DNA of 21,872 nucleotides from a virus (Duplodnaviria; Heunggongvirae; Uroviricota; Caudoviricetes): IMG/VR virus record IMGVR_UViG_2609459856_000011, positions 1 to 21,872 of that record; one strand, 5' to 3'. Shown piece by piece: positions 15,133 to 21,872 of this stretch (position 1 is its first letter; each line of letters starts with the position of its first letter). The notes under the pieces were generated by a model. It saw only the letters and a program-made list of their open reading frames with translations, ran no database searches and was not told where the DNA came from. The position numbers and the translations under genes were made by a program.

Positions 15133-15286
15133 TGCTCCCCCTGAGTAATTACAGGAAGATTACCCGCGCGCGAAACCGTTCTCCTTAACCCCCTGTTCTG
15201 GCCGTTTCCTTACAACAAAAGCCCTTTGTATCAGCCTGTTACGCTTTGCCATCATGACTGAAGAACCAGTCAGAGGGGCAAAAACT
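15133..15286. promoter_or_regulatory. Divergent late promoter region between P and O, with a candidate activator dyad
   Basis: Intergenic region between divergent late operons. Imperfect dyad TGTTCT-N12-ACAACA at 15194..15217, about 70 nt upstream of the O start, resembling the Ogr/Delta-type late-promoter dyad of P2-like phages. Confidence 0.4.
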
Positions 15287-16123
15287 ATGGCTAATGAAAA
15301 AAAGACATCCCGCAAAAAGTTTCGCGTGGCTGTCTCCGGATCAACTGTTGATGGACGCGAAATCAGTCCGGTACATCTGCGTAAAGCTGCCGAGAACTTC
15401 AACCCGGATGTTTACGCTGCCCGCGTGAACGTTGAGCACTATCTCTCGCCATGCCCGTCAAGCGAATTTTCCGCAATGGGCGATGTCACCGCGCTGAGTA
15501 CGGAAGATATTACGGAAGGCCCGCTGGCCGGACGTACTGCGCTGTATGCAGAAATCGAACCGACCGAGCGCATGAAGCAGCTTGTCGCTGACGGCAAGAA
15601 AATCTATTCCAGTATCGAACTGCACCCGCAGTTCTCCGTTAACGGGCGCGCCTATCTGGTCGGGCTGGCGATGACCGACACCCCGGCAAGCCTGGGCACT
15701 GAGCGCCTGAAATTCACGGCACAGCAACGTCAGGCAGTGATGACGTTCAACAGTATCCAGGGTGAAGCACCGCTTATCTCCGAAGCCATCGAGTCTGAAA
15801 TCATCGAAATGGCAGAACAACGCCAGGAAGAAGGCACCCAGTGGTTTAACCGCGTAATGGGAATTATTGGCCGTGGCCGCAAAGCGGATGACGCCAGTTT
15901 TTCCCGTATTCAGGAAGCGGTGGAAGGCGTCGCAACGTCACAGGCCGACATTATCGACCGTTTTAATGTGCTGGAAACCCGCCATCAGCAGGACCGCCAG
16001 AAAATTACGTCACTGACCACAGAGCTGGCAGCACTGAAGGAAAAACTGCGCACGCAGGACGGCGATCCGCAGAGCCGGTTCACCGCAACGGGCGCAGCCT
16101 CCGACCAGCTGGCTGACTTCTGA
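15287..16123 (+). CDS. O: Capsid scaffolding protein, P2 gpO-like
   Basis: Track ORF 15254..16123; start placed at the internal ATG (MANEKKTSRKKFRVAVSGSTVDGREIS...), which has an AGGGG ribosome-binding site 8 nt upstream. The N-terminus has the KKFRVAVSGSTVDGREIS pattern I recall for P2 gpO. Confidence 0.85.
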   Translation: MANEKKTSRKKFRVAVSGSTVDGREISPVHLRKAAENFNPDVYAARVNVEHYLSPCPSSEFSAMGDVTALSTEDITEGPLAGRTALYAEIEPTERMKQLVADGKKIYSSIELHPQFSVNGRAYLVGLAMTDTPASLGTERLKFTAQQRQAVMTFNSIQGEAPLISEAIESEIIEMAEQRQEEGTQWFNRVMGIIGRGRKADDASFSRIQEAVEGVATSQADIIDRFNVLETRHQQDRQKITSLTTELAALKEKLRTQDGDPQSRFTATGAASDQLADF

Positions 16124-16146
16124 TAAGACAAAGGAGCAAATTTTTT

Positions 16147-17199
16147 ATGAATCTGGTGATGTCAGATATTACCCGCAACAAGCTGGGTTGCTATATGGCG
16201 CAGCAGGCGTCGCTTAATAATATCCCGGTTTCCGCACTGGTATCGCGATTTACCGTAGAACCCTCGGTGCAGCAGCGTTTTGAAAACGCCTCAAAGGAAA
16301 GCACCGAATTTACGAAAAGAATTAACGTGCTCGGCGTGACCGACCAGAAAGGCGAAAAAATCCTCCTGGACACCACTGGGCCAATTGCACGCACGAATAC
16401 CAGTTATGACGGCACAAAACGCCGTAACCCGAATAACGTGGTTGATCTGAAAAACCGCAAATACCAGTGCGAACAGGTGAACTACGACACGTTTATTTCA
16501 TATCCGCAGCTTGATGCCTGGGCGGCACACCCTGATTTTCAGTCCCGCATCAGCGCACAGATTGCCCGACAGGTGGCACTTGATCGCATCATGATCGGTT
16601 TCAACGGCACGTCTCACGCGGATGAGTCCAACTTCAGCACCAACAAGCTGCTTCAGGACGTTAACGTGGGGTGGCTGGAGCACATCAGAACCGACGCCAG
16701 CGAGCGCGTTATGAATGACGTGACGCTGACCTCCCGTAACATGGACAACACCGTGGCGCACGCGGGTAAGTATGCGAACGCTGATGCACTGGTACAGGAC
16801 GCGCGCTCATCCCTGCTGGATGAATGGCACAAGGAAGCTGACGACCTCGTGGTGATTATGGGGCGCAACCTGTTTAACTCGCTGCGTCTGCCCGTGCTGA
16901 ACAGCATCAGCGGCCAGAATCCCAATGCGGAATTACTTGCCGGGCAGCTCATCCTGTCATCGCGCACCATTGGCGGGCTGGGCGTGTTCCTTGCGCCGTT
17001 CTTCCCGGATGCAACGATGCTGATCACCTCGTTCAACAACCTGTCGATTTACTGGCAGAAAGGTTCAATGCGTCGCCTGATGAAAGACGAGCCGGAATAC
17101 AACCGCATCGCCACCTACCAGTCCATCAATGACGCTTATGTCGTTGAAGACTATGGCAAGTGCGCGATGGTCACTGGCCTGAAGTTCGCCGACAGCTAA
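16147..17199 (+). CDS. N: Major capsid protein, P2 gpN-like
   Basis: 350-aa ORF with AAGGAG ribosome-binding site. Recognisable P2 gpN motifs: FTVEPSV, GEKI, GWLEHIR, DLVVIMGRNL, NLSIYWQ, YVVEDYG. Confidence 0.9.
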   Translation: MNLVMSDITRNKLGCYMAQQASLNNIPVSALVSRFTVEPSVQQRFENASKESTEFTKRINVLGVTDQKGEKILLDTTGPIARTNTSYDGTKRRNPNNVVDLKNRKYQCEQVNYDTFISYPQLDAWAAHPDFQSRISAQIARQVALDRIMIGFNGTSHADESNFSTNKLLQDVNVGWLEHIRTDASERVMNDVTLTSRNMDNTVAHAGKYANADALVQDARSSLLDEWHKEADDLVVIMGRNLFNSLRLPVLNSISGQNPNAELLAGQLILSSRTIGGLGVFLAPFFPDATMLITSFNNLSIYWQKGSMRRLMKDEPEYNRIATYQSINDAYVVEDYGKCAMVTGLKFADS

Positions 17200-17209
17200 T
17201 CAACTCACA

Positions 17210-17226
17210 GCGGGCATCATGCCCGC
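17210..17226 (+). terminator. Short GC-rich hairpin between capsid (N) and small terminase (M) genes
   Basis: GCGGGC-atcat-GCCCGC, 10 nt after the N stop. No T-tract, so more likely an attenuator or RNA-stability element than a full terminator. Confidence 0.3.
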
Positions 17227-17244
17227 CTGTAACGGAGAGAAAAA

Positions 17245-18045
17245 ATGATTACTCCTGCACAGCAACACTGGCAGAACGTGATGGCACAGCGCGCAGGCCG
17301 GGCGAATGAAGGCGTGGACCACGCCGCGCGTACCGCGCATGAAGAGGTGCTGTATCGTCTGCGTCTGGCACAGGCCCGGCTTAAGGGCGTACAGGCCAGA
17401 AGCGCGAAATCCGCCATCAAAAAAGAGTTGTTGCCGGATTTTTCCGGCTGGATTGAGGGAACGCTGGAGGCTGACGGCGGGCAGCAGGATGAAGTGATTG
17501 CCACGCTGATGGTGTGGGCGATTGACTGTGGCGATCTTCCGCTTGCACTGCGTATCGGCGCGTATGTGGTCCGTCACAACCTCATCATGCCGGATAACTT
17601 TGGCCGTACTGCTGCCACGGTACTGACCGAAGAAATCTGTAATCCGGTACTGACGCAGGCCGGGACGGATGCCGACGCGGATTTGTCCGCCTTTATCGAA
17701 CCACTGGACACCCTCCGGGAGATTGTCACCGACCAGGACATGCCGGACGAAGTGCGCGCCAAATTATGCAAAGCGTGCGCCTTTGCCCGCCGTGGCCTGA
17801 GTGATGCGGACAGCATGGCCCTGTCACTGAAGCTGCTGCGCGAAGCAATGCACCTGAACCCGAACGCAGGTGTGAAACGCGAGATTGCAACCCTTTCCCG
17901 CGCCCTGAAAAAAGCCGATTCCGCAGCCGCACCAGAAGACGCCAGCGCACAGCAGGCGCAGGACGAAAGCAGCAAAAGTAAAAAGACAACGCGGAAGCCT
18001 GCAACACGAAAAACCACCGCGACGCAGAAGGCGAAGCGCGGTTAA
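17245..18045 (+). CDS. M: Terminase small (endonuclease) subunit, P2 gpM-like
   Basis: 266-aa ORF with GGAG ribosome-binding site. Matches P2 gpM motifs (KKELLP, DMPDEVRAKL, NPNAGVKREI) and has a lysine/arginine-rich C-terminal tail. Confidence 0.85.
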   Translation: MITPAQQHWQNVMAQRAGRANEGVDHAARTAHEEVLYRLRLAQARLKGVQARSAKSAIKKELLPDFSGWIEGTLEADGGQQDEVIATLMVWAIDCGDLPLALRIGAYVVRHNLIMPDNFGRTAATVLTEEICNPVLTQAGTDADADLSAFIEPLDTLREIVTDQDMPDEVRAKLCKACAFARRGLSDADSMALSLKLLREAMHLNPNAGVKREIATLSRALKKADSAAAPEDASAQQAQDESSKSKKTTRKPATRKTTATQKAKRG

Positions 18046-18060
18046 CGACTGACCCCGTCA

Positions 18061-18132
18061 GCGGGCGGCGTGCGCGGTGTTCCGGTTTGACTCCGTGACC
18101 GTTTACACCGCGCACCCACCGCCCGATTTTTT
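18061..18132 (+). terminator. Long imperfect inverted repeat followed by a T6 tract between M and L
   Basis: Left arm gcgggcggcgtgcgcggtgt (18061..18080), right arm acaccgcgcacccaccgcccg (18105..18125), about 19 bp of pairing with a 24-nt loop, then a T6 run at 18127..18132, immediately upstream of the L ribosome-binding site. Confidence 0.45.
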
Positions 18133-18146
18133 CAGGAGTGAACCCC

Positions 18147-18641
18147 ATGAGTATGGTTGCCAGAACCAACCCCGGACCCGCAGAGGACGACATCACCGAT
18201 ACCGATGATGGTGATACCCGTATTTCAGCGGGTGCATTCTGGCCGGATATTGTGCTGCGTGAACTGCGTCTGGCGGTACGACTGCCGGGACGTGTGACCA
18301 CCTCCCGCCTGCTGCATACCGCCACCGGGGCCGTGGCACACGTTACCCGCGAGCTGGAAGCGTGGCAGCAGGAACAGCAGGCGGCTGGCCATCAGACGCT
18401 GGCCGATGTTCCGGCACCCGTAATTAACGGAGAAAGCGTCAATCTCTGGCACTGGCGCAATGCTGTTTATACCGCCACGCGCGCCCTGATTCTGGAGCGT
18501 TATCGTGATGCAGACACAACGGACAAGGGCGACCGCCGGGCGGACGCACTGGATATACAGACATCGGATTTGTGGCGTGATGTGAGCTGGGCCATCTCTG
18601 ACATTCTGTGCCGCCCGCGAATCTTTGCGGAGTTGTGCTGA
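18147..18641 (+). CDS. L: Head completion/stabilisation protein, P2 gpL-like
   Basis: Track ORF starts at a GTG at 18138; I prefer the ATG at 18147 (MSMVARTNPG...), which has an AGGAG 8 nt upstream; 164 aa. Follows M as in P2. Confidence 0.8.
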   Translation: MSMVARTNPGPAEDDITDTDDGDTRISAGAFWPDIVLRELRLAVRLPGRVTTSRLLHTATGAVAHVTRELEAWQQEQQAAGHQTLADVPAPVINGESVNLWHWRNAVYTATRALILERYRDADTTDKGDRRADALDIQTSDLWRDVSWAISDILCRPRIFAELC

Positions 18642-18841
18642 TGAAAGTGAAGGCACTGGAAGGCGACACCGTGGATTCGCTCTGTTTCCGGTACTACGGC
18701 ACGACGCAGGGCGTCACCGAAAAGGTGCTGGATGCCAACCCCGGACTCTGTCAGCAGGTATTTCTGGACGCCGGGCAGGAAGTGGAGATGCCGGAGCCGG
18801 AGAAGAAGAAACGAGAAATGATTCAGTTGTGGGGGGAGTAG
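18641..18841 (+). CDS. X: Tail protein X, P2 gpX-like
   Basis: 66 aa starting at the ATG that overlaps the L stop (TGATG). Translation MKVKALEGDTVDSLCFRYYGTTQGVTEKVLDANPGL... matches P2 gpX in size and motifs. Confidence 0.8.
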   Translation: MKVKALEGDTVDSLCFRYYGTTQGVTEKVLDANPGLCQQVFLDAGQEVEMPEPEKKKREMIQLWGE

Positions 18842-18843
18842 CA

Positions 18844-19167
18844 GTGAGCACCATTCAAACAGGGATCACAGAGCAGGTTATTGCATGGCTCTTTGACCAC
18901 CTGCCAACGGTGTATGCAGTAGGCGCGGCGGTCAGCATTTCCGCGCTGATGAGTCTTTATGACGGACGAACACTGGTTCAGACCGTAACGGGATCGCTGG
19001 CGTGCGGCGTTCTTGCCATGGCCGTGGCCGGGTCGTTGCGCTTCTTCGGTTTTCCTGAAGATGCCGTGACGTTTATCGGCGCATCAATCGGTTTTATGGG
19101 GGCAGAGAAAGCACGCGACAAGGTTATTGCGGCCTTTAATCGCAGGGTGAAGGAGAAGGACGAATGA
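18844..19167 (+). CDS. Holin (putative, GTG start)
   Basis: 107-aa product in the frame of track ORF 18625..19167, beginning at a GTG preceded by GGGGGAG. Two to three hydrophobic helices and a charged C-terminus (RRVKEKDE). Sits immediately upstream of the endolysin with an overlapping stop/start. Confidence 0.6.
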   Translation: MSTIQTGITEQVIAWLFDHLPTVYAVGAAVSISALMSLYDGRTLVQTVTGSLACGVLAMAVAGSLRFFGFPEDAVTFIGASIGFMGAEKARDKVIAAFNRRVKEKDE

Positions 19168-19556
19168 GCAACACATTTAAATTCAGCAGCCGGAGCGAAA
19201 AGAATTTGCAGGGCGTAAATCCTGATCTGGTGAAAGTGACCCGACGGGCACTGGAAATTTCGGAAGTGGATTTTGGTATCACCGAAGGGTTGCGCAGCCG
19301 TTACCGCCAGAAGCAACTGGTGGCCACAGGTAAGAGCCAGACCATGAACAGCCGCCACCTTACGGGGCATGCCGTGGATGTTGTGGCTTATGTCGGCAGC
19401 CAGGTGTCATGGGAATGGCCGCTGTACGAAAAAATCGCAGCAGCATTCAGACAGGCCAGCCGGGAACTGAATATTCCGGTGGAATGGGGCGGCGACTGGA
19501 AGACCCTGAAAGACGGACCGCATTTTCAGTTACCACACGGAGCCTATCCGGCATGA
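19164..19556 (+). CDS. Endolysin, peptidase M15 family (L-alanyl-D-glutamate peptidase type)
   Basis: 130-aa ORF with the zinc-binding signature SRHLTGHAVDV and a downstream DGPHFQL motif, typical of M15 peptidoglycan peptidases. Located in the lysis cassette. Confidence 0.8.
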   Translation: MSNTFKFSSRSEKNLQGVNPDLVKVTRRALEISEVDFGITEGLRSRYRQKQLVATGKSQTMNSRHLTGHAVDVVAYVGSQVSWEWPLYEKIAAAFRQASRELNIPVEWGGDWKTLKDGPHFQLPHGAYPA

Positions 19557-19960
19557 AGCTCTGGCCCACGCTGGGTGTCGCTTTCCTTCTGATTGCCGGA
19601 TGGGGAACATCCATGCGTCTGTCATGGTCGCTGGGTCGGGAGAACGCCAGAAACGAAGCGCAGGCCAGCACCCTGAAAAGTACCGCCGACACCCTGAATA
19701 TCATCAGCGCCGGGGTACAGGATATGCAGCAGGTGCTGGCGCAACTCCGCGTGGAAAATCAGCAACGCAATCAGGACGGAGAGGTAAGACGTGAACAGCT
19801 ACGCAACGATATTGCAAAAGATGAATGCGCCCACGCTTTGCCTGACGCTCGTTTTACTGACAGGCTGCGCAGGCACGCAGAACGCGCCACGGCCAGCGCC
19901 GACAGTCCGGCTTATACCGCAGACGCTGACCATACCGGTAACGCCTCCCCCCTTCCCTGA
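19553..19960 (+). CDS. i-spanin (Rz/LysB-like)
   Basis: Start at the internal ATG overlapping the endolysin stop (MKLWPTLGVAFLLIAGW...): N-terminal transmembrane helix, then a coiled-coil periplasmic region. The o-spanin gene is nested in its 3' part in another frame. The 3' end may be over-extended. Confidence 0.6.
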   Translation: MKLWPTLGVAFLLIAGWGTSMRLSWSLGRENARNEAQASTLKSTADTLNIISAGVQDMQQVLAQLRVENQQRNQDGEVRREQLRNDIAKDECAHALPDARFTDRLRRHAERATASADSPAYTADADHTGNASPLP

Positions 19961-20111
19961 CACTCCCACATGGGGAAATCTCGGTATATGGGGCGACCGC
20001 CTTCTGGATGCACTGGAAACCTGTAACGCGGATAAGCGGGCCATTGAATTACTGGAACAGCGCAGGCTGCAACGACTGAACAACGAGGACAACAACCATG
20101 CTGAAAACTGA
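19821..20111 (+). CDS. o-spanin (Rz1/LysC-like outer-membrane lipoprotein)
   Basis: In the frame of track ORF 19791..20111, starting at the internal ATG (MNAPTLCLTLVLLTGC...). Signal peptide with lipobox LLTGC and proline-rich mature region; overlaps the i-spanin gene. Confidence 0.6.
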   Translation: MNAPTLCLTLVLLTGCAGTQNAPRPAPTVRLIPQTLTIPVTPPPFPDTPTWGNLGIWGDRLLDALETCNADKRAIELLEQRRLQRLNNEDNNHAEN

Positions 20112-20557
20112 TTCCCTGCGTGAAGCCATGACCCGTTCATGCCGATGGTGTCAGGCCAACCCGGAAAAATTCACCATTTTCGTGGAGAGCGGCAACATTG
20201 AAACGACCGGAGAAACGCCCTCGTTTGTTTACCGCTATCAGATGGTGATGTTTGTCATGGATTACGCCGGGGAGCTGGACGACCTCACGCTGCCGCTGCT
20301 GGCGTGGTTATCCGAAAATCAGCCACAGTTGTTGCTCAATCCGGAGCGTAATCAGGACATCAAATTCTCCGCCGTTATCAATGACGATGACAGCGCCGAT
20401 CTCCTGTTTACGCTCCCTCTGCGGGAACGCGTTCGCATCACGCGCAGCAGTCAGGGGACACCGCAGGCAGAACACCTGCCGGAGCCAAAACCCCGTCTGC
20501 CCTCTTCCGAAGGCGACTGGTCGCATGTATTCCAGGATGTGACGTGGGGTGAAAGCG

Positions 20558-20565
<8 letters not shown>
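20098..20565 (+). CDS. R: Tail completion protein, P2 gpR-like
   Basis: 155-aa ORF, the same length as P2 gpR. N-terminus MLKTDSLREAMT and motif LAWLSENQP match P2 R; follows the lysis genes as in P2. Confidence 0.8.

Positions 20566-21872
<1,307 letters not shown>

Noticed and set aside
17574-18325. Minus-strand ORFs of 147 and 199 aa
   Set aside because: Antisense to the small terminase and head completion genes, which have clear P2 homolog signatures.

Overview
The window is the integrase-proximal half of an integrated P2-like (Peduovirus-type) prophage from an enterobacterial genome, in prophage order. From left to right: a minus-strand intrinsic terminator; a two-gene minus-strand cargo operon (Zn-ribbon protein, then a repeat-rich coiled-coil membrane-anchored protein) packed directly downstream of the integrase; tyrosine integrase; C-type repressor; divergent promoter/operator; Cox-like regulator; a run of small early ORFs; the HUH rolling-circle replication protein A; a strongly AT-rich cargo island carrying a D12-class (Dam-like) N6-adenine DNA methyltransferase and an OLD-family-like ABC-ATPase/TOPRIM protein; a non-coding cos-proximal region with phased repeats and hairpins; leftward portal (Q) and large terminase (P); rightward scaffold (O), major capsid (N), small terminase (M), head completion (L), tail X, holin, M15-peptidase endolysin, nested spanins, tail completion R; and an S-like tail gene cut short by an IS3-family (IS911-like) element that runs off the window. 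The main candidate for a novel system is the methyltransferase plus OLD-like ATPase/nuclease pair sitting in the known P2 A-to-cos accessory hotspot. The second candidate is the integrase-coupled two-gene operon. All calls rest on reading the translations and the DNA by eye; no database search was possible.
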